Shown piece by piece: positions 1 to 9,705 of a stretch of 64,000 bases of DNA. Below the pieces are notes generated by a model, which saw only the letters and a list, made by a program, of their open reading frames with translations, was not told where the DNA came from and searched no databases. Source of the DNA: an uncultured Candidatus Saccharibacteria bacterium (GTDB lineage: Bacteria; Patescibacteriota; Minisyncoccia; UBA6257; Colwellbacteraceae); contig CAZLHU010000001.1 of NCBI GenBank assembly GCA_964559765.1, positions 75,600 through 139,599 on the forward strand. Direction: 5' to 3'. Position numbers and translations under genes: made by a program. How positions within the stretch are numbered: position 1 is the stretch's first letter; each line of letters starts with the position of its first letter.

Positions 1-607
1 TTTGCTGCAACAGATCCAGATTGTTAACGTTGTCGAAAAAATCCGATATCTGCGGATGGGCAAGAAGGATCTCAGCCAGGCTCTGATCCCCAGTTTCATA
101 CATACTCTGCAGAGCGCCCGCTAAGTTGACCTTACTAGTGCTTATATTGCTCTCAGTGGTGCCGATCTGCGAGTTTGTTACCTGTATCTCTCCATTTAGC
201 TCGTTGAGCGATATATTGATCGCCTTTATCTGCAGATTTATCTTGGCGATGTTCGCGTTCAGGGTATCTATTTCCGTAGTAAGGCTCTTGCCCTGCTTCT
301 CATAGTTGGAGATCGTAGTTTGGTCGGCTGATATCTGGCTTTCAAGCTGCTGTAATTGAGTCTCCAGCGCTTGGCGCTGCGCATCAGTCGAGCTGGTTGA
401 TGTCGCGGTGCTCCCGGCCGTAACTGGAGCCAGAGCAGATGTGAGAAACAGGAAGGGCAACATAACAGCGAGGAATGTCATAACTTTCCATTGTTTCGGC
501 ACAATGGGTCGCTTGATAGCGCTAAGGTTTACAAGCGGCTTGCGTTTCGTAAACACATCCACGCCTCCCGGTTTGATGTCACAAATTATTCGGGGTTTAA
601 GCCTCAT
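1..607 (-). CDS. Secreted/anchored coiled-coil cell-envelope protein (PcsB/CwlO-like N-terminus); runs off the left edge of the window
   Basis: Not in the ORF track. My translation from ATG 607 gives MRLKPRIICD..., a hydrophobic stretch (VMTFLAVMLPFLFLTSALA), then heptad-like QRQALETQLQQLESQI...LAGALQSMYE...DFF, open to position 1. Confidence 0.7.
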   Translation of the reverse strand, partial: MRLKPRIICDIKPGGVDVFTKRKPLVNLSAIKRPIVPKQWKVMTFLAVMLPFLFLTSALAPVTAGSTATSTSSTDAQRQALETQLQQLESQISADQTTISNYEKQGKSLTTEIDTLNANIAKINLQIKAINISLNELNGEIQVTNSQIGTTESNISTSKVNLAGALQSMYETGDQSLAEILLAHPQISDFFDNVNNLDLLQQ

Positions 608-676
608 CTCTACTACATTTTACGCCTTATAGGAGTTATCGCAAAGACAATATCTTTAATGCGCCTATCGGGCTAT

Positions 677-706
677 AAAAAGAGGCTTATTTCTAAGCCT
701 CTTTTT
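677..706 (-). terminator. Intrinsic terminator after rplY
   Basis: AAAAAGAGGCTTA-tttc-TAAGCCTCTTTTT, a perfect 13-bp inverted repeat overlapping the rplY stop. Confidence 0.75.
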
Positions 707-1349
707 CTGTACTCTCCGCTGCCTTAGCCTGTCTTTCAGCCTTTTTCTCTTCAGTCTCTACCACAACATCCTCTGGGGTTATTGTAGGAGCAACAACCTC
801 CTCCTCAACCTGTTCAGTGATGCTGGCAACAACCGTATCTGGTTCTATTATATATTCGAATTTTTTGCTTTGGATCAAATCGCGGACGTATATGCTGTCG
901 CCTATCTTAGCAAGCTTGGTCAGGTCAACCACTATAAATTCCGGCAGGTCTTGCGGCAAAGCCTTAACTTCGACTGCGTCCATGGCCTTAATGAGAATTC
1001 CATTCTCTTTAATCGCCGGCGACTCGCCCTCAAAACGCAATGGGATTTCAGTCTGCAACTCCTCCTTCATGTTAACTTGGTAGAAATCGATCGCCAGCAC
1101 CTCGTCCTTAATACGGTCACGCTCGACGTAATAGATCAAAACCGGAACCGGCTTGCCACCAACCATAACGGTTATAACTGTGTTCTCGCCGGCCGTACGA
1201 TAGGCTTTTTCGAATTCACGGGCGTTCACGGCCAAATGTACGTTGGGAATGCCGTGGCCATAAAGCTCAGCTGGAATCAAGCCTGTCTTGCGCAATGCGG
1301 CGCTAGCCTTGCCTAGGGCAGTCCTATTTTCTGTCTTTAGTTCTATCAT
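693..1349 (-). CDS. rplY: 50S ribosomal protein bL25 (Ctc long form)
   Basis: R..GK.AS..LRK.GLIPAELYG, IDFYQV and LPQDLPEFIVVD motifs; acidic tail. Confidence 0.95.
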   Translation of the reverse strand: MIELKTENRTALGKASAALRKTGLIPAELYGHGIPNVHLAVNAREFEKAYRTAGENTVITVMVGGKPVPVLIYYVERDRIKDEVLAIDFYQVNMKEELQTEIPLRFEGESPAIKENGILIKAMDAVEVKALPQDLPEFIVVDLTKLAKIGDSIYVRDLIQSKKFEYIIEPDTVVASITEQVEEEVVAPTITPEDVVVETEEKKAERQAKAAESTEKEA

Positions 1350-1406
1350 TTTTCACAAAGTAGCAATCCCCATTGTAAGGATTAATCAGAGAAACTCAAG
1401 GGGTGG

Positions 1407-2285
1407 CTATAAATCGAGCTTAATCCCGTTAAAAAGGCACAATCTATTAGTCACGATCTTACGTATATTCTCCACGGATGCGGAGACTAGTTTATATGGG
1501 GCGATTTCGTCCGGTTTGTCACGCAGCGCAGTTTCGATGCCATTCCGCCAGGCAAGGCGAAGCTCGGTCGAGACATGGATTATATTCATGCCTGCACTCA
1601 CTGCCGCAATGAAATCTTCGTCAGCCGTTCCTGAGCCGCCATGCAAGGTCATGAATATTCCGCAGGCCTTCTTTATCTCACCGATGAGATTTATGTCGAG
1701 CCGCTTATGCATGTCACCCTTCACCATCGCCTCCAAGAGGCCATGCATGTTTCCGACGGCGGGCGCTAGAACGTCGACGCCGGTTTCTTTCACAAAACGA
1801 ACCGCCTCTTCCGGAGTAGATAGCTTTAGCGAGTTCTCGGGGCGGCTTTGTATAATCTCGGAAGATGAACCTATATAGCCTATCTCGCCTTCAATAACTA
1901 TACCTGGATTTATGGATCTGATTATACGTACAGCCTCCCTGGTTTGGGATATATTCTCCTCGAAGCCCAATGCCGAACCATCGAATAGTATCTCATCGAA
2001 GCCAGCCTCGGCGGCTTCTTTAACCTTATCCAGAGAATGGGTGTGATCGGCATTGAGATAAATCGGGAAATCGTATTGTTCCCTGTATGATTTGATAAGT
2101 GCGGCCACCGTCTTCACTCCGATAAATTCCCTTTCGCCCTCGGAGACGCCTATTAGTACCGGCAGCTTCAATTCTACGGCTGCAGAAGTTATTCCATTGA
2201 ATGCCCCCAGGTCAGATATATTGAAATGACCGATTGCAACTTTGCGGCTATCCGCGTCGATTAATGCCTCGTGGAGAGTTTTCAT
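1407..2285 (-). CDS. fba: Class II fructose-bisphosphate (ketose-bisphosphate) aldolase
   Basis: DH, FDGS, EGEIG, GNMHG and LHGGSG motifs. Confidence 0.92.
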   Translation of the reverse strand: MKTLHEALIDADSRKVAIGHFNISDLGAFNGITSAAVELKLPVLIGVSEGEREFIGVKTVAALIKSYREQYDFPIYLNADHTHSLDKVKEAAEAGFDEILFDGSALGFEENISQTREAVRIIRSINPGIVIEGEIGYIGSSSEIIQSRPENSLKLSTPEEAVRFVKETGVDVLAPAVGNMHGLLEAMVKGDMHKRLDINLIGEIKKACGIFMTLHGGSGTADEDFIAAVSAGMNIIHVSTELRLAWRNGIETALRDKPDEIAPYKLVSASVENIRKIVTNRLCLFNGIKLDL

Positions 2286-3292
2286 ATTTTTTTCGGCAAA
2301 TAATCTTTTGGCGCTTTTTTGAGGAGCGAGAGTAGCTCGGGCTTCGACAGCAATCCCGTCTGTGCACCGAAATATTGGACAACATGCATTGATTCTATTG
2401 GGGCCCAGCGCAATGCATCCTTAATAGATAGGCCGTACACCAGTCCGCAGAAGAATCCCGTTGAAAAGGCGTCTCCCGCTCCGGTGCGCGAGATTGGTGG
2501 TCTTGGATCGGGATAGGACGGCATGAAATACTTATCGGCTCCGTCGGACGCGTACGCGCCCCCAGGGCCATCAGTAATTACTACGACCTTCGGTCCAAGT
2601 TTGTGCAACCCCGCAAAGAGGGGCATGATATCCTCATTTTTGCTGTGCAGAATGAACTGCGCCTCCTCGCGGTTAACGAAAAGAACATAAGTGTGTTTAT
2701 ATATTTCGCGCAGCTTATCCGCGCCGAAGCGCAGTTGGAACGTGCCTGGATTGAATCCCATCTTGATCTCCGGATGCTTCTTCAGATATTCCGCGACCTT
2801 CTTATGGAACGGCAGGGTATGCTCTGCGATGGAGGAAAAATATATCCAACCGGTGTTTGAATCTATCTTCCGAGGATCGTAATACTCAAATTTCTCGTGC
2901 TTGATGAGGATGGTCCGTTCCGCTTTATAATTCAGAACAAAGTGATAGTTTGTAGGTTTGTCTTTATTGACCCTCACATATTCGCAACTTACGCCTTCTT
3001 TGTGATAGCGATTTTGTATTTCGGTGCCATAGTGGTCTCCGCCTACCGCAGTTATTATCGCTGTCTTAAGGCCTAGGCGGCTTGCGCCTACGGCGACATT
3101 GGACGCATTTCCCACCGCCGGCGCCACCGTGAGAGATTTATACGGGATCTTATCCGCGAATGACATCGAAATCCGCGGGTGTTCATGCGCCTTGTCCCAT
3201 TCTATGCGTGCTTCCTTGTCCTCAAGTGTGATAAAGGCATCCATCACCACGTCGCCGATACACACGACGTCATATTTATTTTTCTTAGCCAT
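2282..3292 (-). CDS. PfkB/ribokinase-family carbohydrate kinase
   Basis: GNASNVA.GASRLG, NREEA, VITDG and TGAGDAF PfkB signatures. Confidence 0.92.
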   Translation of the reverse strand: MAKKNKYDVVCIGDVVMDAFITLEDKEARIEWDKAHEHPRISMSFADKIPYKSLTVAPAVGNASNVAVGASRLGLKTAIITAVGGDHYGTEIQNRYHKEGVSCEYVRVNKDKPTNYHFVLNYKAERTILIKHEKFEYYDPRKIDSNTGWIYFSSIAEHTLPFHKKVAEYLKKHPEIKMGFNPGTFQLRFGADKLREIYKHTYVLFVNREEAQFILHSKNEDIMPLFAGLHKLGPKVVVITDGPGGAYASDGADKYFMPSYPDPRPPISRTGAGDAFSTGFFCGLVYGLSIKDALRWAPIESMHVVQYFGAQTGLLSKPELLSLLKKAPKDYLPKKI

Positions 3293-4280
3293 TGATTCTG
3301 TTTATAGCTTTTTTTACCGCTGCTTTTACATCTTTGACGCCCATGCCGTACTTTTCAATGAGCTCATTGGGCTTGCCCGACTCGCCATACACATCCTGCA
3401 TCCCAACGAATTCAATCGGCACCGGAAGTTCCTTAGCTAGAAGTTCTGCTACGGCGCTGCCCATTCCCCCCATAACTTGGTGCTCTTCGACGGTTACAAC
3501 TGCGCCGCACCGCTTGACCGCTCCTACTATGCCCACGCTATCAATTGGCTTGATGCTTTGATTGTTTACAACGATGACGTTGATTCCCTCCGCCTCCAAT
3601 TCTTTCGCGGCCACCAATGACTGATAGACCAACTGGCCGCAGGCTATTATTGCCACCTTGGGATTTTCCGAATCCCAGAATACCTCTGCCTTACCCGGGG
3701 AATAGGGGGACTCTTCGGTAGTTATTATCGGCGACTTCTCCCTGCCGAAGCGTATATAGACCGGACCCGCCATATGAGCAGCAGCCAATGTAGCCTTCTT
3801 GGCCTCGATCGCGTCACAGGGTACTAGGACCGTCATATTGGCCATTACACGCATGGTCGCAATATCCTCGACTGCCTGATGGGTCGCCCCGTCTGGGCCG
3901 ACTGATATCCCGGCATGGTGTCCGGCAATTTTAACATTGGAACCATTATAAGCTATGGTCGTGCGGATCTGTTCCCAATTCCGTCCGGGCGAGAACGCGG
4001 CGTAGGAAGAGATAAAGGCGATTTTCCCCGAGACACCCAGGCCTGCGGCGATCGTCGCCAGGTTTTGTTCGGCAACCCCCACTTCGAAAAAGCGTTCTGG
4101 GAATTTCTTGGCGAAGGCATCCGCCCGGGTAGACTCGGTCAGGTCGGCGCACAGCACGACTATATTTGGATCTTTTTCTCCAGCTATAACTATGCCCTGG
4201 CCGTAACCGTCCCGGGTCGGTTTCATTTCGACGTCGGTGTCGAACAGTTTAGGATTTAATTTCTCTTCTGGCCTTATCAT
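3285..4280 (-). CDS. Transketolase, C-terminal subunit (start probably ATG 4280)
   Basis: GVAEQN, GPDGATHQ and TVEEH motifs. The ORF-track start at 4337 overlaps the upstream gene. Confidence 0.93.
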   Translation of the reverse strand: MIRPEEKLNPKLFDTDVEMKPTRDGYGQGIVIAGEKDPNIVVLCADLTESTRADAFAKKFPERFFEVGVAEQNLATIAAGLGVSGKIAFISSYAAFSPGRNWEQIRTTIAYNGSNVKIAGHHAGISVGPDGATHQAVEDIATMRVMANMTVLVPCDAIEAKKATLAAAHMAGPVYIRFGREKSPIITTEESPYSPGKAEVFWDSENPKVAIIACGQLVYQSLVAAKELEAEGINVIVVNNQSIKPIDSVGIVGAVKRCGAVVTVEEHQVMGGMGSAVAELLAKELPVPIEFVGMQDVYGESGKPNELIEKYGMGVKDVKAAVKKAINRING

Positions 4281-4291
4281 TCTTTTTTTTA

Positions 4292-4825
4292 TTATTGGAC
4301 GCTCCCCCGTTTCTTGGCATACCGCTGTACAAGCCATATGCTCCCGCCGATCACAAGGGCGGCGATCACCAAACCGATGAAAAATTTCAACTGATCGTTA
4401 ACACTCCCCCAACCACGGCTATAGCCGTAGATAATACTGCACAGGCCTGCGATCATTATTCCAATCGGAACGCTCTGCGCGGCGATTGAAGTTGCGAACA
4501 GCAGCCAGAAGCCGATGGCGAAAACGATCACTCCGACTATGTTGGCTATTATGAATATATTCCTGTTGTAAATCTGTATCTGGTTAGAATAAGTTTGCTG
4601 TTCCTGATTGAATTGGTTGTTGGCTGCCGCTTGCGCCGCTGCGGCAGCATTTTCCTGGGCTATGCATTGCATATCGCTATTAGCGCATTGCTGAATCGGA
4701 GCGACGGGCGTGTTGGGGAACGTCGGCGGCTGCGGCATAGGATAGAACGCCTGGATGCCAAGCGTGATCAATGCCACGAGGATGATTGCCGTACCAAGAC
4801 CGATAACGAAATTCACTACTTTCAT
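4292..4825 (-). CDS. Hypothetical 4-TM membrane protein
   Basis: N-terminal TM, Pro/Gln/Ala-rich loop with two Cys, three more TMs; tight spacing to its neighbours. Confidence 0.75.
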   Translation of the reverse strand: MKVVNFVIGLGTAIILVALITLGIQAFYPMPQPPTFPNTPVAPIQQCANSDMQCIAQENAAAAAQAAANNQFNQEQQTYSNQIQIYNRNIFIIANIVGVIVFAIGFWLLFATSIAAQSVPIGIMIAGLCSIIYGYSRGWGSVNDQLKFFIGLVIAALVIGGSIWLVQRYAKKRGSVQ

Positions 4826-4833
4826 TTTATATT

Positions 4834-5691
4834 TTATTGCTTCTCCGATTCTATCTTAGCTTGGGCGGCCCTCAGTTCTACTAGGGCCCTTTCTCCTTCC
4901 TCTTTGGTCGGGGGCTTGCCGTGCCAGGTGTAATCCCCCTCCATGAAACTTACTCCTTTGCCGGGAATAGTGTGGGCGATTATGACCGTCGGCTTCTCAT
5001 ATATGATCTTTGCTTCGTCTACTGCACTGATTATCTCCTCGAAATTATGGCCGTCTATTTCAAGAACATGCCAGCCGAAAGACTCGTATTTCTCCTTAAG
5101 CGGCTCCAGAGGCATGACGTCTTCGGTAAATCCGTCTATCTGTATGTTATTGCGGTCTATTACTACGATAAGGTTGTTAAGCTTGTGCTTACCCGCAAAC
5201 ATCAGCGCTTCCCAGGTATTCCCTTCTTCATGCTCTCCGTCCGAGGTCAGACAGTATATGCGATGCTTGTTCCCGTCCAACTTCGACGCAAGAGCCATGC
5301 CAATTGCCTGGCTGATCCCCGAACCCAGCGGGCCAGAGGTGGTCTCGACTCCGGGAAGAGCCTGACGGTGAGGGTGTCCCTGTAATCGCGAGTTTATTTT
5401 GCGGAGAGTTTTTAACTCCTCCATTGGGAAATAGCCAGCATAGGCCATAGCCACATAGCGGACCGGACAGATATGCCCGTTCGACAGGACCAACCTATCG
5501 CGTTCCGGCCAATCCGGCCTCTTGGGGTCGTGATTCAGGATATGAAAATAAAAGGCTGTGAAAATATCGGCCATACCCAAAGGCCCGGCCGTATGCCCGG
5601 AACCAGCCTCTACTAAAGTTTCGATTACGGTTTCCCTAATCTTGACCGCCGTATCTTGGAGAAGATGCAATTTATCCGTACTTAGTGCCAT
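4834..5691 (-). CDS. Transketolase, N-terminal (ThDP-binding) subunit
   Basis: SGH, RDRLVLSNGH, LQGHP, SDGE..EG and HTIPGKG motifs. Confidence 0.95.
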   Translation of the reverse strand: MALSTDKLHLLQDTAVKIRETVIETLVEAGSGHTAGPLGMADIFTAFYFHILNHDPKRPDWPERDRLVLSNGHICPVRYVAMAYAGYFPMEELKTLRKINSRLQGHPHRQALPGVETTSGPLGSGISQAIGMALASKLDGNKHRIYCLTSDGEHEEGNTWEALMFAGKHKLNNLIVVIDRNNIQIDGFTEDVMPLEPLKEKYESFGWHVLEIDGHNFEEIISAVDEAKIIYEKPTVIIAHTIPGKGVSFMEGDYTWHGKPPTKEEGERALVELRAAQAKIESEKQ

Positions 5692-5746
5692 GCAGTCAAA
5701 TTATACCACAGGAGTTTGTGGCGCTCCTGAGTATTTAAGGGCACGA

Positions 5747-6385
5747 CTAGCAGCTTGTAAGTTCCTTGTACGCCCGTTTCGGGTCAGGGCCGCTGAAGAT
5801 GTATGTTGCCGAAGCAACGGCCGTGGCCCCAGCCGCGCCGAGCGACCTACACACATCCAGATCTATGCCGCCATCAACCTCGATTACTGCCGTTGGGCGG
5901 CTCTTTTCGATGAACCTAACCTTGTCTATCGCCCCAGACTGAAACTTCTGGCCGGCTGGCCCCGGACTCACGGCCAGGACTTGAAATGCCGTGAAAGAAG
6001 ACAGATACGGTATCAGGTTTTCTGCCGGCGTCGACGGGGAAATGGACAGCATTATTTCCGTCCCGTATTTGCGGGATTCGTTCAGCACCGACCCCGGATC
6101 TTTCATCGTCTCCAATGGGATTATTACCCTATCCGCTCCGGCGCCCATCCACGACCTAGCTGCTTCCTCCGGCTCTTGGACCATCAGATGTATCTCAAAA
6201 TGCATTCTTGGAAATTGTTGCTTTAGACCACTGAGCACGGAAGGGTCGCCCCATGTTTTTCCTGGCGCGAATTGACCGTCGCTTATATCTATGTGCACCC
6301 AATTGGAAAAATCCGCGGCCTTTTTTATATTGGCATTGGCGGTCTCGGCGTCGCGGCAATTTATGACTGGCAGCACTAGCATCAC
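5747..6385 (-). CDS. rpe: Ribulose-phosphate 3-epimerase
   Basis: HIDISDG.F, EIHLMV, PG..GQKF and EVDGGI motifs. Confidence 0.93.
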   Translation of the reverse strand: MMLVLPVINCRDAETANANIKKAADFSNWVHIDISDGQFAPGKTWGDPSVLSGLKQQFPRMHFEIHLMVQEPEEAARSWMGAGADRVIIPLETMKDPGSVLNESRKYGTEIMLSISPSTPAENLIPYLSSFTAFQVLAVSPGPAGQKFQSGAIDKVRFIEKSRPTAVIEVDGGIDLDVCRSLGAAGATAVASATYIFSGPDPKRAYKELTSC

Positions 6386-6843
6386 TGATTCTTTATGTTT
6401 TGTTCCAACTCTCTTATTTTATCCAGGCGACGCTTGTATCTGGCATCCGTCGATATCGGAGTCTGCAACCAGACGCTTACTATCCTTTTAGCCACGTCCA
6501 ATTCAAGAAAGTCCGCGGGCAGAGCAAGAACGTTAGTCGCGTCGTCCGCCTTCGAAGCGCCGGCCTGATCGGGAGAAAACGACAAAGCAGACCTTACCGC
6601 CCTAAACTTATTAGCCACCACGTCCACGCCCACGCCGGAACCGCAGATCACTATCCCCTCGCTGCCGGTCGGATCGGCGCTGACCTTCGCAGCGACAGCC
6701 GCCGCGAAATCCGGGTAATCGTCATCCTCCTCATATTTTGAATTTCCAAGGTCGGAGACCGAGTAGCCGAGGTTCTTAACATATTCGATTATGATTTTCT
6801 TTAATTCGAATCCGCGGTGGTCCGCGCCTATGTATATGATCAT
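6382..6843 (-). CDS. rpiB: Ribose-5-phosphate isomerase B
   Basis: GADHRG..LK, DYPD, ICGSGVG, ANK and RR..KI motifs. Confidence 0.95.
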   Translation of the reverse strand: MIIYIGADHRGFELKKIIIEYVKNLGYSVSDLGNSKYEEDDDYPDFAAAVAAKVSADPTGSEGIVICGSGVGVDVVANKFRAVRSALSFSPDQAGASKADDATNVLALPADFLELDVAKRIVSVWLQTPISTDARYKRRLDKIRELEQNIKNQ

Positions 6844-6848
6844 TTAAA

Positions 6849-7655
6849 CTACTTCATTATGGCCTGTACCAGGGCGGCCGCCCCATAGGTCAAAATCGAT
6901 ACCGTTCCGAGCAATATCGGCGCGACGACTCCCCATATCGCAATGAAAGTGAATCCAATCCTGCCGTTCAATATTCTGGTGCCGACTATTTCCGGGCGCA
7001 ACTGTCTGAGATTGTCGTAGATCCCAAGTTCGTATATCACAAGGTATGGCGCCAGCAATATCTCGAATATGAAACTTGAGGCTATCGCCCCAGACTGGCC
7101 TCCGGCAGAGCCTAGAACGCCGGCCACAATGGATACGATAAGTCCTACTAAAATCAATACAACGAATCTCCAAACCAGCTGCCAGAAATATCCGCGGATG
7201 TATTCCTTTGACTTAAGCATGGCCCCTAATCCACGGTCGCCCTCAACCACGAAGACGTATGCCGCCAGAGTGAACCATACTGTGAAAATTAAGGCTGGAA
7301 CGACCAATAGAAAAAGTCCTCCGATCATTATCACCATGCCCAATATGACCACCCACAGATACCTGAAGAAGATGCTCTCTGCATAGCGGTAGCTTTCATT
7401 GAATTGCTTGCTGTTGTGCACGGCATAGATCAGCGCCAGCGTCGATAAAAGCGAAAGAAGGACGCCGTCGAAGGTCATAAAATCGCCTATCCCCTTCAGG
7501 AACACGTTGTTGAAAATATTAAGGTAATCGCCGATTGCGAGTACCAGCGACGGGATTATTGGTATCCACACCAAATCATTGAACCGACTGACATACCTCT
7601 TCCAGCTGCCGCCGATGAGCCGACCGACTGGAAGAAGTTCTTTAGAAGAGTCCAT
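6849..7655 (-). CDS. Multi-pass membrane protein of unknown function
   Basis: About 6-7 hydrophobic segments; A..KS.E..RGYFW pattern; in line with the operon. Confidence 0.75.
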   Translation of the reverse strand: MDSSKELLPVGRLIGGSWKRYVSRFNDLVWIPIIPSLVLAIGDYLNIFNNVFLKGIGDFMTFDGVLLSLLSTLALIYAVHNSKQFNESYRYAESIFFRYLWVVILGMVIMIGGLFLLVVPALIFTVWFTLAAYVFVVEGDRGLGAMLKSKEYIRGYFWQLVWRFVVLILVGLIVSIVAGVLGSAGGQSGAIASSFIFEILLAPYLVIYELGIYDNLRQLRPEIVGTRILNGRIGFTFIAIWGVVAPILLGTVSILTYGAAALVQAIMK

Positions 7656-7667
7656 TCCAATAAATTA

Positions 7668-8693
7668 TTATATTAATTTTGAGAGCGCCTGAACGTGCTT
7701 TATTAAGGTGCTGACATAACCAGCTTCGTTGTCATACCAGGAAAGCACCTTTACCAAATCGCCGTCGATCACTTTCGTTAGGTCTAAAGGAACGATTGCG
7801 CCATAAGGTTCGCCGATTATGTCGGAGGAAACCAATGGATCCCTGGTGACCTTCATTATCCCCTGCCATCTGGGCGATGCTGCGGCATCGGTCAATATCT
7901 GGTTGACCTCTTCGACGCTCGTCTTTCGCTTTGCAAGAAAAGTGATATCGGATATGGAGCCAGTGATATTCGGCACGCGAAACGATACTCCGTCGAATTT
8001 ATCCTTAAGCTCTGGTATGGCCCTAGCCACGGATATCGCCGCTCCAGTCGTCTCCGGAACTGTGTTCTGGGCAGCCGCGCGGCCCTTTCTGAAATCGTGT
8101 CCGCCGCGGATCGGCCCGTCGACAATGCTCTGGGTTGCGGTATATGCGTGCACCGTTGAGAGAGTGGCTTTGATAATCCCCGGATTATCAGACAGTATCT
8201 GTATGACCGGCGAGGCAGAATTGGTCGTGCACGATCCGTTCGAGGTTATTGAACAGGATTTCATCTTGTCCTCGTTTACCCCCATAAGCACAGTCTGGCC
8301 ATCTGGCCCGTCATCATCCTTGGCTGGTGCCGTTATCACGACTCGTTTGGCTCCCGCCTGGAGATGAACCTTTGATTTGTCATAGCCGTCGAATAATCCG
8401 GTAGATTCCACCACTATGTCTATGCCAAGGTCCTTCCATGGCAATTGCGCCGGATCCTTGATCTGCAGGAAAGCTATTTCTTTGCCGTCCACTATCAACT
8501 TGGAGTTCTGTGAATCCGCTTTGACCTCTTTGTCATATCGCCTATAGACGGTGTCATACTTAAGCAGGTAGCCAAGATTCTCGACGTCTCCTAAATCATT
8601 TATAGCGACCACATCGACGCCCGGGATCTCAAAGGCCTGTCTGAAGAACAAACGACCTATCCTACCGAAACCATTTATCGCTATCCGTGCCAT
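7668..8693 (-). CDS. gap: Type I glyceraldehyde-3-phosphate dehydrogenase
   Basis: INGFGRIGR, GSCTTN and WYDNE motifs. Confidence 0.97.
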   Translation of the reverse strand: MARIAINGFGRIGRLFFRQAFEIPGVDVVAINDLGDVENLGYLLKYDTVYRRYDKEVKADSQNSKLIVDGKEIAFLQIKDPAQLPWKDLGIDIVVESTGLFDGYDKSKVHLQAGAKRVVITAPAKDDDGPDGQTVLMGVNEDKMKSCSITSNGSCTTNSASPVIQILSDNPGIIKATLSTVHAYTATQSIVDGPIRGGHDFRKGRAAAQNTVPETTGAAISVARAIPELKDKFDGVSFRVPNITGSISDITFLAKRKTSVEEVNQILTDAAASPRWQGIMKVTRDPLVSSDIIGEPYGAIVPLDLTKVIDGDLVKVLSWYDNEAGYVSTLIKHVQALSKLI

Positions 8694-8716
8694 TTGATTA
8701 CATTATATGCTGACTC

Positions 8717-9226
8717 CTAGTAGCTTCCAAGATTCATCTGTACGGTGTCCCCAATCTTCAGACCCAGACTGGCCACCTCGCCCGAGTTTATCTCTATTAC
8801 CTTGTCCACTAGGCCAGGTGAGGTGTAGATCGGCAGGTCGCCGGTACTGGTTGAGTTTAGGGTCGCAGGGGTGGGCATGTTTTGTTCGAAACCGACTATC
8901 TTATCTCCGTTTATCCAGATTAGGTCTATCGGAAACTCCATATTTATCATCCAAAAGTACTGGATGCCGGGAGCATCGAACACAAACAGCATGCCGTCAT
9001 TCTTGCCCAGACTGGGTCTTCCTGATAGGCCCTGGTTCTGTTCGGCTTGGGTCGTCGCCACCTCGAGCTCGAATTGCTGGCCGCCTATCGTCGCCGTTGT
9101 GGTCGGCAACGAAGATTTGATATTCGTTTGATGCTCGTCTACAAAATGACGCACCATCAATCCGGCCAAAACAAGGACTATGATCGAAAAAATAGTTATT
9201 ATGGCTAATTTTTTGTTAGTATCCAT
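8717..9226 (-). CDS. DUF192-family membrane-anchored protein
   Basis: EVA.T......GL..R, GMLFVF, FWM.N..FPID.I and V.EIN.G motifs; N-terminal TM. Confidence 0.88.
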   Translation of the reverse strand: MDTNKKLAIITIFSIIVLVLAGLMVRHFVDEHQTNIKSSLPTTTATIGGQQFELEVATTQAEQNQGLSGRPSLGKNDGMLFVFDAPGIQYFWMINMEFPIDLIWINGDKIVGFEQNMPTPATLNSTSTGDLPIYTSPGLVDKVIEINSGEVASLGLKIGDTVQMNLGSY

Positions 9227-9230
9227 GGAA

Positions 9231-9701
9231 TTAATTGTACATGAGTTGGAATATCGCTACGCCGAACGTCACCGAAACATTCAGTGATTCCTTTCGTCCC
9301 TTCATCGGTATCTCCAATATCTTATCCGCTCGACGCAATATGGATTGCGGCAGACCGTTAACTTCATTCCCCAGGACGAGCGCCGTCTTGGCTCCTAAAT
9401 TTTTGGCTCTGATTTTAAAGTAGGGCGTCGATTTTTTATCCTGCTCGATCGCGATTATCTTCCATTTGTCATTTTTAAGGCGATCGATCAGTCTTGCGGT
9501 GTTGGCGGCTTTCTCCCACGGCACGGACTTTTCCGCGCCCAGCGAGACCTTGGCTAATTGCGGACGGATTCGGCCGAACTTATCCAGCGGTCCCGGAGTT
9601 ATCCCGCAAAGGTATATTTTCCCCACGCCGGCGGCATCGGCCGTGCGAAATATGGAGCCTACATTGTACAAGCTCCTTATGTTATGGAGTATGACGATCA
9701 T
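9231..9701 (-). CDS. SpoU/TrmH-family RNA 2'-O-methyltransferase
   Basis: NVGSIFRTADA, GNE..GL and IPM.G..ESLNVSV motifs. Confidence 0.92.
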   Translation of the reverse strand: MIVILHNIRSLYNVGSIFRTADAAGVGKIYLCGITPGPLDKFGRIRPQLAKVSLGAEKSVPWEKAANTARLIDRLKNDKWKIIAIEQDKKSTPYFKIRAKNLGAKTALVLGNEVNGLPQSILRRADKILEIPMKGRKESLNVSVTFGVAIFQLMYN

Positions 9702-9705
9702 CCGA

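Noticed and set aside
7668-8693. GAPDH CTTNS instead of CTTNC
   Set aside because: The catalytic Cys is retained, and loss of the second Cys is a known natural variant.
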